Shown: positions 1 to 9,869 of the stretch, one piece after another | How the letters are laid out: each line of letters starts with the position of its first letter | Position numbering within the stretch: the stretch's first letter is position 1 | Source: Saccharolobus solfataricus | GTDB taxonomy: Archaea; Thermoproteota; Thermoprotei_A; Sulfolobales; Sulfolobaceae | Direction of reading: 5' to 3' | DNA: 32,000 nt | Assembly (NCBI RefSeq): GCF_900079115.1 | Contig: NZ_LT549890.1 | Span: forward strand, 1,050,001-1,082,000 | Notes under the pieces: generated by a model | What the model saw: only the letters and a program-made list of their open reading frames with translations | Told to the model about the DNA's origin: nothing | The model's database searches: none | Program-made: the position numbers and the translations under genes

Positions 1-897
1 CGTTTCCCAAAAGAAAAGAAACCTCATAAATACTACTCCCTTGTCTATACGCAAAGCGGTTGGAAAATACTTCACGTTAGAGAAATAAGAAAAGGCAAGA
101 AGAATAAGAAGAAACTAATAACGCTTAAACTATCAAATCTTGGTACGTTCAAGGTAATAGTTCACCGAGACTTTCCCCTTGACAAAGTAAAGAGGGTAGT
201 AGTGAAGCTAACAAGATCTGAGAGGATTTACATCACTTTCGTAGTTGATCACGAATTCCCCAAGTTACCTAACACGGGTAAGGTAGTGGCGATAGATGTT
301 GGTGTAGAAAAGTTGTTAATAACGTCGGATGGTGAGTATTTTCCTAATTTGAGACCTTACGAGAAAGCGTTATGGAAAGTGAAGCATATACACAGAGAAC
401 TTTCAAGGAAGAAGTTCCTCTCTAATAATTGGTTTAAGGCTAAGGTTAAGCTTGCTAGGGCTTATGAGCATTTGAAGAATCTAAGAACGGATCTTTACAT
501 GAAGTTGGGCAAGTGGTTTGCTGAGCATTATGACGTTGTGGTGATGGAAGGTATTCACGCTAAACAGCTTGTGGGTAAGTCCTTGAGGTCTCTGAGGAGG
601 AGATTGAGTGATGTGGGATTTGGTGAGTTGAGGGGTGTGCTGAAGTATCAGCTGGAAAAATACGGTAAGAAACTCATCCTAGTTAATCCTGCATACACTT
701 CCAAAACTTGTGCTAGGTGCGGGTATGTGAAAAATGACTTGTCTCTATCTGATCGTGTTTTCGTTTGTCCCAACTGTGGTTGGATTGCAGATCGTGACTA
801 TAATGCTTCTCTTAACATCTTACGTGGATCGGGGTCGGAGCGACCCTTAGTGTGGAGCTCCGCCCTCTACCAGTACTCTGGCAAGGTGGGGCTGTGA
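1..897 (+). CDS. tnpB: IS200/IS605-family OrfB (TnpB-type RNA-guided nuclease), 5' end cut by window edge
   Basis: Frame 1 is open from base 1 ([24 protein letters not shown]...), so the M at 202 is internal. RuvC-like motifs [18 protein letters not shown] and [11 protein letters not shown]. Zinc finger CARC...CPNC. Confidence 0.9.
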   Translation, partial: RFPKEKKPHKYYSLVYTQSGWKILHVREIRKGKKNKKKLITLKLSNLGTFKVIVHRDFPLDKVKRVVVKLTRSERIYITFVVDHEFPKLPNTGKVVAIDVGVEKLLITSDGEYFPNLRPYEKALWKVKHIHRELSRKKFLSNNWFKAKVKLARAYEHLKNLRTDLYMKLGKWFAEHYDVVVMEGIHAKQLVGKSLRSLRRRLSDVGFGELRGVLKYQLEKYGKKLILVNPAYTSKTCARCGYVKNDLSLSDRVFVCPNCGWIADRDYNASLNILRGSGSERPLVWSSALYQYSGKVGL

Positions 898-934
898 AGC
901 AGGAAGCTCCCTCATTTATGAGGGGGTAGCTCAC
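829..934 (+). ncRNA. Candidate TnpB omega-RNA (right-end RNA) scaffold
   Basis: GC-rich structured segment overlapping the tnpB 3' end and the right end. About 90 percent identical to a tnpB-less copy at 23104-23204. Its position matches where TnpB guide RNAs are encoded. No expression data. Confidence 0.4.
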
Positions 935-1472
935 AGGCGATGAGGAATAAACGGATATATGTTAAGCTAATAGACCAGATTTGAACATAAATATCAATTA
1001 CTGTTTACAATATCGATAAAGTTATCATAGAATAGATAGGAAGTTTTAATGATATTTTTGAGGTTTTGACGGTTTTAAGTCATAACTGTTAGCCCTAAGA
1101 GTATGGATAACAGTTTCTTTAATTTGAAACTTAGTTTAAAATTCCCTAACACCACTTTCGTCAAATGCCTTAATTATGTAATAAAAATTTTTGAAAAGTG
1201 GGTTTAAAAATCACGACATCCTTTATGTCAACTACTGAATCGTATGTTAAATTGAAAATCAATTAATACTTTAAATGATTTATACTGAATAACGAATTGT
1301 TGTCTAAACTCAGTCCTAAAATACAAAGAATATATCGCATGAATGTTTAGGAATTTGAGAGGCGAACTTAAAAGTCAAGGAAGTAAATGATCGAAAGCTT
1401 TTCATCTAAGGTGTCTAAGAAAACTGCTTCATGATGCAACTTTAATTTGTTGCTCAACAATATAAGTGTGCT

Positions 1473-2765
1473 ATGAGATATGATGTAATAATTATTGGTG
1501 CTGGCCATAATGGTTTAGTTTCCTCAATATATTTAGCTCAGAAAGGCCTTAAGGTATTAGTTATCGAGGCCAGGGATAGACCCGGAGGAATGGCTGACAC
1601 TGCAGAATATAAGGGGGTTAAATACAGTAGAGCATCTTATGTATTAGGACTATTTCCTAAAAGAATCCAAGAGGAATTAGGGATAGTTTTTCCCACGATT
1701 GACTCAGATATTGCAGATGTTTTTGTCACGGAAGAGGGAAAGGTTGTGAATATATGGAGAAATAAAGAGAAGAGACTCGAGGAACTTAAGCGCCTAGGTC
1801 AATACAAATACCCTAAAATGGAGGAGCTACTGTTCAAGATTAAGGAGAAGATTGAACAAGAGATGCAATACGTTATCAAACCACCGTCATTTGAGGATTT
1901 CAAGAAAGCAGTAGAAGGAACTGAACTTGAAATATTTACTCAACCATCCAGAAAGTTTCTAAATGAATACTTAGATGAGGAATTCCAGCCCTATTTCTCA
2001 TATGGATTTATGTATGATTTGCCAGCGTACGTTGTAGCATATTATTTTAGTCTAGATTGGAAGATAGTGAAAGGAGGAATGGGAAAAGTAGGAGAAATGT
2101 TAATGAGTAGAGCTAGACAATTAGGCGTAGATTTCCTATTCAATACAAAGATAAGTGAGATAGTTATCAAAGATAATGTGGCTACTGGTGTGAGAACTGA
2201 CAATGATAAAATTGTTGAGAGTAAAATAGTGATCAATGCAGCAAGCCCGGTTCTACTGAACAAATTAACCAACGGACTGCTTAAAGTTCACCATCCAGAG
2301 TTTAGACCAAGATGGAAGAGGGATACTTTAGTGCTAAGGGAATTACCAAATCTACCAGATTATATGAGAAGCCATTTAGATACGTTATTTACGTTACCTA
2401 TAGGCGAAGTTACTATTCCTTCTGCTGTTGATAATAGCCTAGGAGGTCATGTGATGACAATAATGGGTAGTTATGAAGAGGCTAAAGAGTTCTTCCCAGA
2501 TTTGGAAAAGAAGGTGATATATATTGATAGACTAGATGCATATAAGCTCGAGAGAGAATATAATGCCCCCTACGGCGATATGAATCATATGCCAATGTAC
2601 ACAGAATACTTATTCGATGGCAGACCGGTTAAAGGTTGGGGATACGCTACTCCAATTAAGAACCTCTATATAACAGGCTCAGGGACTTACCCAGGAGGAC
2701 AAGTTACTGGAGTACCGGGTAGAAATGCTGCAATGAAGATTATGACTGATTTGGGTATTGAATAA
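1473..2765 (+). CDS. FAD/NAD(P)-binding oxidoreductase (phytoene-desaturase-like family)
   Basis: N-terminal dinucleotide fold DVIIIGAGHNGL...VLVIEARDRPGG. 430 aa, clean ORF. C-terminal GSGTYPGGQVTG is typical of the amine-oxidase/desaturase fold. Confidence 0.8.
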   Translation: MRYDVIIIGAGHNGLVSSIYLAQKGLKVLVIEARDRPGGMADTAEYKGVKYSRASYVLGLFPKRIQEELGIVFPTIDSDIADVFVTEEGKVVNIWRNKEKRLEELKRLGQYKYPKMEELLFKIKEKIEQEMQYVIKPPSFEDFKKAVEGTELEIFTQPSRKFLNEYLDEEFQPYFSYGFMYDLPAYVVAYYFSLDWKIVKGGMGKVGEMLMSRARQLGVDFLFNTKISEIVIKDNVATGVRTDNDKIVESKIVINAASPVLLNKLTNGLLKVHHPEFRPRWKRDTLVLRELPNLPDYMRSHLDTLFTLPIGEVTIPSAVDNSLGGHVMTIMGSYEEAKEFFPDLEKKVIYIDRLDAYKLEREYNAPYGDMNHMPMYTEYLFDGRPVKGWGYATPIKNLYITGSGTYPGGQVTGVPGRNAAMKIMTDLGIE

Positions 2766-3171
2766 TGCAATTAACTATAAGATCACTCGAATAGAAGTCT
2801 AGAGGATTTTCCTAGAAATATTGAAGAAGTATAATGTAGAGATATTAATAAATGTAATGAGTTGGTCTAAAAGTTTTAGATATCCTACTTTAGTACGATG
2901 AACTTCAATAGAACTTTGAAAGAAAATGGAATAGAATATTTACGGAAGGAAGAGTTAGGAGATTACAAGAGAATCGGAAAAATTTTCCTTATTTTTTACT
3001 TTTCGGTTGCAGTCTGCTGGGAGACACCATAAGGGTTGGAAGAGGAGAAAAAGTAGAAATGCTGGTCCGTGTCGTTGGGCTTGTACGAGTTTCATAACCT
3101 TGTAATTGAGGGTTAACTTCATCATGACTGCGCATGAAATGAAGATATATTGCAAACGGAAGAAAGGTATA

Positions 3172-3984
3172 TCAACTAATTTTTAATATTCTTTTAGCAT
3201 TATCTCTCATTATCTTCTCGTTTTTTAAAACGTTGTATACTTGGTAAGCGTACTCTGCTAGATCTTGCCCCTTGAATGCTGGGAAATCACTTCCGTAAAT
3301 TACTTTATCGGATATCTCATGTATTCTAGGTAGGACTTTCAATATATTCTTAGGGGGTATAGATGAGATTTCCAAGAAAATATTTTGTGTAAAACGTGCC
3401 ATGTGGAATGCCGTATTATACCATAATGGCCTCCCTGCATGTGCCAAGATTATCCTAAGCTTAGGAAAATCCTTTGCAATATCATCAGCGTAAATTGGAT
3501 CAGCGTATTTGTTTCTACTCCCCACTCCTATACTGGTTCCAGTGTGAATTAGGATTGGTAAACCGTGATCTTCAGCAAATTCATAAATGTAAAGTAGTTG
3601 CTTTAATCCTCCTTCCTCTTCCCTATAGGCATTAGGTTTGAATGTGTGATGTACAGGGTGTAACTTAATTCCTATGATGCCTAATGAATATTGTCTTTCT
3701 AACTCTCTTTTAACATCGCATTTTAGTGGGTTTACCTCTCCCCACTGCATATAAAGGTCTGGGTTTCTCTTCCTTTCCTCGTAATCAATGTAAAATCCAT
3801 CGTAACAATCTTCACTATGACATGGATGTGAGGGAACAAGGAGGATTTTTTCAATTTCTACATTATCGTTCTTTAAAGTCATCCTTGTTCCTTCAACATT
3901 TTCTAGGAATTCCTTACAATGTTCTGGGATCTTTCTAGCATATATGTGATAGTGAACATGAGCATCAATGACTTTTATCATCAA
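3172..3984 (-). CDS. Metal-dependent amidohydrolase-fold (TIM barrel) hydrolase
   Basis: N-terminal IDAHVHYH metal-binding motif, with internal HPVHH, ILIHTG and LAHAG histidines. Starts 25 nt downstream of the CHAD gene on the same strand. Confidence 0.8.
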   Translation of the reverse strand: MMIKVIDAHVHYHIYARKIPEHCKEFLENVEGTRMTLKNDNVEIEKILLVPSHPCHSEDCYDGFYIDYEERKRNPDLYMQWGEVNPLKCDVKRELERQYSLGIIGIKLHPVHHTFKPNAYREEEGGLKQLLYIYEFAEDHGLPILIHTGTSIGVGSRNKYADPIYADDIAKDFPKLRIILAHAGRPLWYNTAFHMARFTQNIFLEISSIPPKNILKVLPRIHEISDKVIYGSDFPAFKGQDLAEYAYQVYNVLKNEKIMRDNAKRILKIS

Positions 3985-4009
3985 GATTAGGTATGTTTCT
4001 TTTCTATTA

Positions 4010-4645
4010 TTAATACCTATCTTCGATTTTGAAATGATGAAACTCTTCCTGAGACGCTATTATCTTTAGTATTACCCTCTTAGCCTCTTCCTTATATTGA
4101 ATTATATTTATATCTGGAGGAGTTAGTCCTCTACATCTCATCTTTAGTATTTCATCTCTTATATCTCCCATTTTCTTAGCTAGAGCCTTAATTTCAGTGT
4201 TGTCATAACCTAGAGCCTCAACTAAGTTTCTAGTCACCCTTATGTTCTTCCTTAATTCGTGGAAGTCTGTAATATCTTGTATTTGATGCAAAGAGGAGAG
4301 AATTCTATTATATATAGTAAGTCTGACCCCGTATATCTTATCATTTACGAAACAAACTTGAAGTTCTCTAACATCCTTTAGCGCCCTAATAGCCAGCTTA
4401 GTTCTCTCTCCATTAGCTATTTCACAAATATCCATATCTCTGACCTTTCCTAATCTTTTAATTGCCTCTTTTGCTAAGAATAGGCATTCCACGTTTTCAT
4501 ATACTGGATGGATAGCGTATAGCACATCGAAATACTTTCTCACAGCCACTCTCATATCGTGAATTTCCTCAACGCCAATACCGTTTATTTGGATAGCCTT
4601 TTTGAGCTGTAGGTTAAGGTAATCCTTAACTTGTGATATTGTCAA
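4010..4645 (-). CDS. CHAD-domain protein (polyphosphate-associated)
   Basis: Two copies of the CHAD His/Arg helix motif, EEIHDMRVAVRKYFDVL and FHELRKNIRVTRNL. Overlaps the upstream kinase-like gene by 20 nt. Confidence 0.7.
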   Translation of the reverse strand: MTISQVKDYLNLQLKKAIQINGIGVEEIHDMRVAVRKYFDVLYAIHPVYENVECLFLAKEAIKRLGKVRDMDICEIANGERTKLAIRALKDVRELQVCFVNDKIYGVRLTIYNRILSSLHQIQDITDFHELRKNIRVTRNLVEALGYDNTEIKALAKKMGDIRDEILKMRCRGLTPPDINIIQYKEEAKRVILKIIASQEEFHHFKIEDRY

Positions 4646-5252
4646 TTCTTCTCACTATCTCCTTCTGTACCTCATCAAATTCCTTGTCAGTGTATATTAT
4701 GTTTTCTCTAGAGGAAATTGACATTAAAGCTTCTTGAAACCTATTAATATAATCTATGTAGGCCTCAAATGTGTCCTCCTTGATGCATATATCTATTCCG
4801 GTTTCTAATGGATCCAGATAACCCCTTTTCTTTATTATCCTTCTTACTATTTCATCTGGTGTTGATATCAGTGGTAAAGAGATTGAAGGTTTAGGAAGCA
4901 TTGAGAGGACGTCATCTATCCATTCCTTCTCTAAACCTCTGGTTAATCCCCAAGAAGTTAATGTTAATGTGTAACCATCAGCTAAGGCTATAAATCCAGA
5001 ATCTATTGATGGTTTAACATAATTCTCAATTTGGTCAGCCAAGTCTGTGACATAAGCTAAAAACAATGTTCTCCTTTCAAATATTATATTCCTCTTGACT
5101 TGTGCTATTCTATCTCCTATTAATTTAGACATCTGTAACCCAAATGTAACTACTCCATATCCTTCTTTCTCCAAATACTTTTTAGTAGCCTCTAGATGAG
5201 ATGTTTTCCCAGAACCTTCAATTCCCTCAAAGGCTATTATCAATATATTCAC
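4626..5252 (-). CDS. Thymidylate-kinase-like P-loop protein, paralogue B (degenerate DRY motif)
   Basis: P-loop [12 protein letters not shown]. The Tmk DRY motif is replaced by DGY ([10 protein letters not shown]). Overlaps paralogue A by 26 nt. Confidence 0.8.
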   Translation of the reverse strand: MNILIIAFEGIEGSGKTSHLEATKKYLEKEGYGVVTFGLQMSKLIGDRIAQVKRNIIFERRTLFLAYVTDLADQIENYVKPSIDSGFIALADGYTLTLTSWGLTRGLEKEWIDDVLSMLPKPSISLPLISTPDEIVRRIIKKRGYLDPLETGIDICIKEDTFEAYIDYINRFQEALMSISSRENIIYTDKEFDEVQKEIVRRIDNITS

Positions 5253-5868
5253 CTAAAATTTTTCTTATATCAATCTGAACGTCCTTTAATGGTCTATTTC
5301 CGTCTATTGTTATGAAGTTGCTTTCCTCTTTAGCTATTTTATCGTAAATCTCTACAATTCTACTCTGATATTTTAAGAAGCCCTCTTCTAAAGGTATCTC
5401 ACCCAGTATATCAATTCCAGCCTCTTGTGGTTTTATTTTTCTCTTAGCTTTCCTAATTCTCTCCAAAGCAATTTCTGGAGTAACCCTTATGTAAAAGGTA
5501 AAGTTAGGCTTTATTGCGAAGGAGTATAGTCTCTTCACCCAATCAAAGTCCACGTTCCTAACAACATCTCTGGCGTAAGCAGTATATACGTATCGATCGC
5601 ATATTACAACGAATCCGCTCTTGAGCATTGGTAAAATATATCTTTCATATCTGTCTGAGAAATCAGTGGCGTGAATAAGACTAAAGGTTATTGATGTAAG
5701 CATATTCTTCTTTTTTGCCTCCTTTATTATATCGTGGATCCATTCAGATGAGTTCCATTCAGTTAGGTAAACGTCTCTTCTCATTTCAATCCAATCTTTT
5801 AGTAATACAGCTTGACTGGACTTTCCAGAACCATCAATACCTTCAAAAGCTATTAATAAGCCTCTCAT
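5227..5868 (-). CDS. Thymidylate-kinase-like P-loop protein, paralogue A
   Basis: P-loop [15 protein letters not shown] is retained ([12 protein letters not shown]). Basic lid [16 protein letters not shown] start/stop overlap with ppx at 5865-5868. Confidence 0.85.
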   Translation of the reverse strand: MRGLLIAFEGIDGSGKSSQAVLLKDWIEMRRDVYLTEWNSSEWIHDIIKEAKKKNMLTSITFSLIHATDFSDRYERYILPMLKSGFVVICDRYVYTAYARDVVRNVDFDWVKRLYSFAIKPNFTFYIRVTPEIALERIRKAKRKIKPQEAGIDILGEIPLEEGFLKYQSRIVEIYDKIAKEESNFITIDGNRPLKDVQIDIRKILGEYIDNSL

Positions 5869-7118
5869 ACTCTTACACCGACAACGTACTTGTCTATACT
5901 ATTCTTTACTATATTTCCGAAACTTAATAACTCTTTTTTTGTAATATCGTCCTTTAAAAGTTTCACATGTTTTTTCTTAACTTTCCCACTAGCAGCCTCA
6001 CAAATCAAACCAATTAACAATACCTCATCTAGAGTAAAACCAGGTAAAACTGATTCCTTGATAAATCTATAGCAAGCCCTAAATGGGTTGAAATACCCTA
6101 CCATTTTAAAGATTAACGATAAGAGAGCAGAGGAAGCGACATAGAAGGAGTACTTACTATCAACCTCGCTCATTACCTCTTTAAAAATTCCGAAAGGAGG
6201 ATCAATTGCATTAGAATATGATATTTCTTCCAACCAATTCATCTTATCCAATTTCTTACCTTCAGTTAATACTCCCTCTCTCATACCGAAAAGGGAGACA
6301 ATCATGTCGCTCCCATTGAGATATTTTATAAGTTCATCAACAATTACTGAAGCTGAATGTATAGTTAAAGCCCTTTCCTTACTTATCCCAGGGAGGGATT
6401 TCCTACTCTCATCATCTAGTGAAGGTAAAAGGGAGGCATATTTACTAATTTGTTTCGAAGATAGTAAATAACCGTGTACTGACTTTGTCGGAAAAGAAGA
6501 TAGCTTGAGATCGAGCTTAGCTAGTGCCCTAACGTTCCCTCCTGAGCCAACCATGATATTAGCTTTCTTAATATTTATAGTTGAGAGCTCATCGGATACT
6601 TTTTTTCTAATTTCCCTTTCTGGAAGGCTAACTAATTTCAATGCTCCAATTGGCAATTGATGCACTCTAATTATATTACCCGAGGTAACTTCGGCTATTT
6701 CCAATGATCCCCCACCTAATTCGAAAAATATTCCGTCAGGAATTGGGAGCGTGTTTAACATACCCAAAGCGGCATAACTCCCTTCTTCCTCTCCGGAAAT
6801 TACTCTAACTTCATTTTCTATTATTTTGCTTAGCCTTAGCCTAACCTCGTTACCGTTAGACGCATATCGAAATGCGCTAGTAGCAACTATTTTGACTTCA
6901 TCTACGTTTATGCCATTTAATATTCTTTTAAAAATAGTAAAAGTCCTTTCTGCTTTTTCGACTTTTTCCTCTGGAATAGTATCTCCTTCCTTTAATCCTT
7001 CTCCTATTCTAACGAATGATTTAGAAGAACCAAGCGCTCTGAACGTTCCGTTACGAAAAACTTGGTAAACTACCATTCGAAACGAATTATAGCCACAATC
7101 TATAACTGCCGATATCAT
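5865..7118 (-). CDS. ppx: Exopolyphosphatase, Ppx/GppA family
   Basis: N-terminal actin-like ATPase motif [15 protein letters not shown], second phosphate motif [10 protein letters not shown], 417 aa. Confidence 0.9.
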   Translation of the reverse strand: MISAVIDCGYNSFRMVVYQVFRNGTFRALGSSKSFVRIGEGLKEGDTIPEEKVEKAERTFTIFKRILNGINVDEVKIVATSAFRYASNGNEVRLRLSKIIENEVRVISGEEEGSYAALGMLNTLPIPDGIFFELGGGSLEIAEVTSGNIIRVHQLPIGALKLVSLPEREIRKKVSDELSTINIKKANIMVGSGGNVRALAKLDLKLSSFPTKSVHGYLLSSKQISKYASLLPSLDDESRKSLPGISKERALTIHSASVIVDELIKYLNGSDMIVSLFGMREGVLTEGKKLDKMNWLEEISYSNAIDPPFGIFKEVMSEVDSKYSFYVASSALLSLIFKMVGYFNPFRACYRFIKESVLPGFTLDEVLLIGLICEAASGKVKKKHVKLLKDDITKKELLSFGNIVKNSIDKYVVGVRV

Positions 7119-7604
7119 CTAAATCAGCTTAAGAACTTTCTGGCTGAGTAGGATTTTCAGGGTCCCTCTTCCTTCCTTCAGATCATAATCTAAAACTGCA
7201 ACCCCACCTTTCTTAATCTCAACGTTAGCTCCACTTATCGTCTTTACGAAACTGGATAAATATGGTTCATGACCAACTACGAGAATTGTTGAGTTATCAA
7301 CGAAATCCTTAAGTTTTTCCAAAAATAGAGAAGGTTCCTTATCTGGAGTCAAATCATCGAAAGTTTCAACTTTTTTCTCACTATTGTCATCGAAGAGTTC
7401 CTCTAATATAACTTCGGCAGATTGATAGGCTCTCAAGTACGGACTGGAAACTATTCTATCTACGTTAAATCCTAATTCCTCCAAGAAATTAGCCACTCTT
7501 CTCATCTGTTTCACTCCTTTTTTTACTAGTTTTCTGTCCTTATCCTCTTTACCATCAACTTGTGGTTCAGCGTCCCCATGCCTCACCAAGATTAAAGTTA
7601 TCAT
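7119..7604 (-). CDS. SixA-type histidine phosphatase
   Basis: RHG motif LILVRHGDAE and second catalytic His in LVVGHEPYLS. 161 aa. Its stop codon abuts the ppx start codon with no gap. Confidence 0.8.
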   Translation of the reverse strand: MITLILVRHGDAEPQVDGKEDKDRKLVKKGVKQMRRVANFLEELGFNVDRIVSSPYLRAYQSAEVILEELFDDNSEKKVETFDDLTPDKEPSLFLEKLKDFVDNSTILVVGHEPYLSSFVKTISGANVEIKKGGVAVLDYDLKEGRGTLKILLSQKVLKLI

Positions 7605-7625
7605 ATCTATAATACCGTTTCAGAA

Positions 7626-7633
7626 TATTTAAA
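7626..7633 (-). promoter_or_regulatory. Candidate TATA box for the sixA-ppx-tmk-tmk-CHAD operon
   Basis: On the minus strand TTTAAATA lies about 22-29 nt upstream of the ATG at 7604. This is the spacing typical of leaderless Sulfolobales transcripts. Confidence 0.35.
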
Positions 7634-8181
7634 CATTTTTATAGCATAGTCATATAATTGTACAGTTGTTTTAAAAATTTAATAGTTCTTTCCGTATGCG
7701 CAGTTATAACAATTTCTACGTTAGAGTTAAATGAAAGGTCCTGCACTATTAATGATAAGAAACTGATTCACTAGTTAAGTTATCATATTATTATTAAAGC
7801 GAACCGTTTCTTCTTATCAAAATCAGAAGAATTTCTTGATAGCAACAATATTATTCAAGGGGCTCTTGCAAAGATTTAAATAAATAAGGAGGGAAATAGT
7901 TAAGTAAAAGCTAACGTTAGGAAGCAATAAGGTAGACGGAGAGCTATTAGAGGGTGGAGGAAGTTCAGACTGTTTTATTGATCTGTTGGACATTTTTTCA
8001 CACTGAACTATTATTATCTTCCTTTCAATAATCTCAAGTGTACAATTTAGGTTTGCAATGTCTCTTGAATATTTGTGGAAATTCAGCAAATCAATAAAGC
8101 GTGTTCGAGTAAAATGTTAAAAACTTTAGTCTTCATGAAGATATTTAACTGTAGTATCACCAGTTACTGGTGTAGGTACAG

Positions 8182-8772
8182 TTGATATTTGATCTTCATC
8201 CAAAGGAAACCATTGAGGAACTTGTAGGTAGAGAGAAGGAGGTTGAGCATTGTATTTCGCAGATTCTTTCTAAAAACTGGATAATAATTGGCGGTCAAAG
8301 AGAGATTGGAAAAACTTCATTAATGAAAGTTGTTATAAACGAGATAAAGAAAAGGGAGCAAATAGCCGGTATTTATATCAATTTAAGAGGAGTAAGAAGT
8401 TTAAATTCGCTTCTTACTATTTTAGTTTCAGAAATTAATAAGGAGAAAATCTCATGGAGGTTTAAAGTTAATATTAACTTTCTAATAACTTCAGCGGGAA
8501 TTGAAATAAGAGGAGGTAGCAAAAGAAGGGTAGTAAATAGTTTAATAGAACTCCTAAACTCGTCAGATGAGATAGTAATCGCATTCGATGAGGTACAAGA
8601 GTTGTCCTTTGCGTCTAAGCAGTTTTTGGACATCTTGGGAAACGTTTACGCAACTAATCCCAAAGTTCACATGATATTTTCCGGTTCTTATGTGGGTCTT
8701 GTTAAAGCTTTATTATCACCTCCGTCAGACTCTCCGCTACATGGAAGACCACCTACTGAGATTAGACTGTAA
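8182..8772 (+). pseudogene. Archaeal ATPase (Arch_ATPase/DUF234 type), N-terminal fragment
   Basis: GREKEVEHC...IIGGQREIGKTSL Walker A and IAFDEVQEL Walker B. The reading frame ends at ...PPTEIRL, where a roughly 290-bp insertion begins. Confidence 0.8.
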
Positions 8773-9060
8773 CACATTTGCATAACTTTTAAATACTTTT
8801 AATCATTTCACAATATGATCTTTATTATGATTATGTTTATATATTATTTCCTCTACATTATAAATTGATGAACTCCATACTGATGACGGGCTATGCTCAC
8901 GAGGTATTGGGGCGACAAATACGGATGGGAGGGTAGTGGTGTTTCCCTCGACTAGCCCCAATGAGTTGAGGGTGAGTGTGTATGAGCCCTCAAGAGGGGT
9001 GCCCGTGGCGGAATTAGAAGTGGTTAAAAGTAAGCAGAAGTTACGCCACGGGTAAACACT
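8769..9060 (+). mobile_element. 289-292 bp non-coding insertion: AT-rich half with a TATA-like box, then a GC-rich structured half
   Basis: Removing it joins ...GAG ATT AGA CT|A AAG CCA TTT... = EIRL|KPFD, restoring the ATPase frame. ACT is present at both junctions (8766-8768 and 9058-9060). Perfect 9-bp stem 9002-9010/9044-9052 close to the right end. No terminal inverted repeats. Confidence 0.55.
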
Positions 9061-9061
9061 A

Positions 9062-9168
9062 AAGCCATTTGATAGGGAAAAGTCAATTTACTTTTTAGAG
9101 AAAGGAATGCAAGAGCTAGGGATTAAATTCAATAGGCATGACGAGGTTATTGAAAAATTAGATGGTAT
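9062..9168 (+). pseudogene. Archaeal ATPase, middle fragment
   Basis: Translates KPFDREKSIYFLEKGMQELGIKFNRHDEVIEKLDGI, the expected continuation after ...TEIRL. Cut by the next insertion after ATGGTAT. Confidence 0.6.
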
Positions 9169-9242
9169 AGCATTTATCGGAAAATCCTGGCAGTTCAAGA
9201 GGCCCATAAAAACTTTTTAAAATTAGAACCTTTAATTTTGGT

Positions 9243-9719
9243 ATGACCAAAGAATTGACGAGGGAGGAGTACTATAAGGCATTGGAAAAGGCAGTTAACG
9301 AGGTCATACTATCCATGACTGGAACGAGGAAGGACGTTGCCAAGAGGCTCGTCCTGGGGGCGGTTGTGGGAAGAAATGCTACCGAGATAGCTCAGGAGGC
9401 CGAGATGGACTACGAGACCGTGCTGAATAACTTGGACAAGGCAGCTCAAGCCAAACTAATCGAGGTCGTGAAGAAGTTAGTCGGGGATCATCCTGTCCTT
9501 CTCATAGTGGACGACACCCACGACCACAAGCTCTACGCTAGGGCCATGCCGGTCTCCAGAAACGGGGCGCAGATCTTCTACTGTAGGGCGCACAAGAGGT
9601 TCGAACCCGCGATCCAACTCCTTGTGATTGGCGTCAAGGATCTGGTGAACAACCAGATCTACGTTAGTGCTTTCAGAAAGTTTATAGCTTTAGGCAAAGG
9701 ATATATCACTAGATCATAG
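9243..9719 (+). pseudogene. DDE transposase of the host IS, N-terminal fragment
   Basis: MTKELTREEY...LLIVDDTHDHK (first catalytic D). Genuine sequence ends at about 9662 (..NNQIY); the ORF tail reads into the MITE. Confidence 0.75.
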
Positions 9720-9747
9720 TCTAAGAACTTTTCCAAAATACTAGTGA
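9660..9747 (+). mobile_element. ISC1048-derived MITE, copy X (75-bp core 9667-9741 between TA dinucleotides)
   Basis: Both ends closely match the termini of the ISC1048-like element. GTGCTTTCAGAAAGTTTATAG matches GTGTTTCCGAAAAGTTTATAG, and reverse-complement GTATTTTGGAAAAGTTCTTAGACT matches GTATTTCCGGAAAGTTCTTAGACT. Host transposase fragments on the two sides share a frame and lie 87 nt apart. Confidence 0.65.
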
Positions 9748-9749
9748 TC

Positions 9750-9869
9750 CACATAATTGCCTACATACCCCGAAAGGTGGAAGAGGAGCTCAAGCGTAGG
9801 GGTGAGGAGGTGAAGTTCAAGACCAAGATAGATGCCCTCTTGGAGTTTCTCTCCTTATATAAAACATAT
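9750..9869 (+). pseudogene. DDE transposase of the host IS, middle fragment
   Basis: HIIAYIPRKVEEELKRRGEEVKFKTKIDALLEFLS..., same frame and GC-rich composition as the N-terminal fragment. Confidence 0.5.

Larger units (their letters stand above)
1..934 (+). mobile_element. Right portion of an IS200/IS605-family element (tnpB plus right end)
   Basis: tnpB is followed by a subterminal hairpin, CCCTCA-TTTA-TGAGGG (909-924). I placed the right boundary after TCAC (931-934), where similarity to the second right-end copy (23104-23204) stops. Confidence 0.6.

Noticed and set aside
2898-3155. Possible DUF488 remnant on the plus strand (MNFNRTLKENGIEYLRKEELGDYKR...VAVCWETP*, then ...PCRWACTSFITL in another frame), and the antisense 66-aa ORF at 2955-3155
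   Set aside because: The resemblance to DUF488 rests on two short patches (LKE.GIEY, a CxE..P...C.R-like region), and it needs an internal deletion plus a frameshift. That is too degenerate to support without a profile search. The antisense ORF has no features.
7823-8089. 88-aa ORF in the 580-bp intergenic region between the polyP operon and the ATPase gene
   Set aside because: No motifs, a Ser/Pro/Leu-rich low-complexity centre, and no convincing TATA box at the expected spacing. Treated as non-coding promoter/spacer DNA.
8878-8950. TGATGA (C-box-like) at about 8882, considered as a C/D box sRNA
   Set aside because: No CTGA D or D' box and no second C' box at the required 10-60 nt spacing. 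The motif sits inside the structured mobile element.
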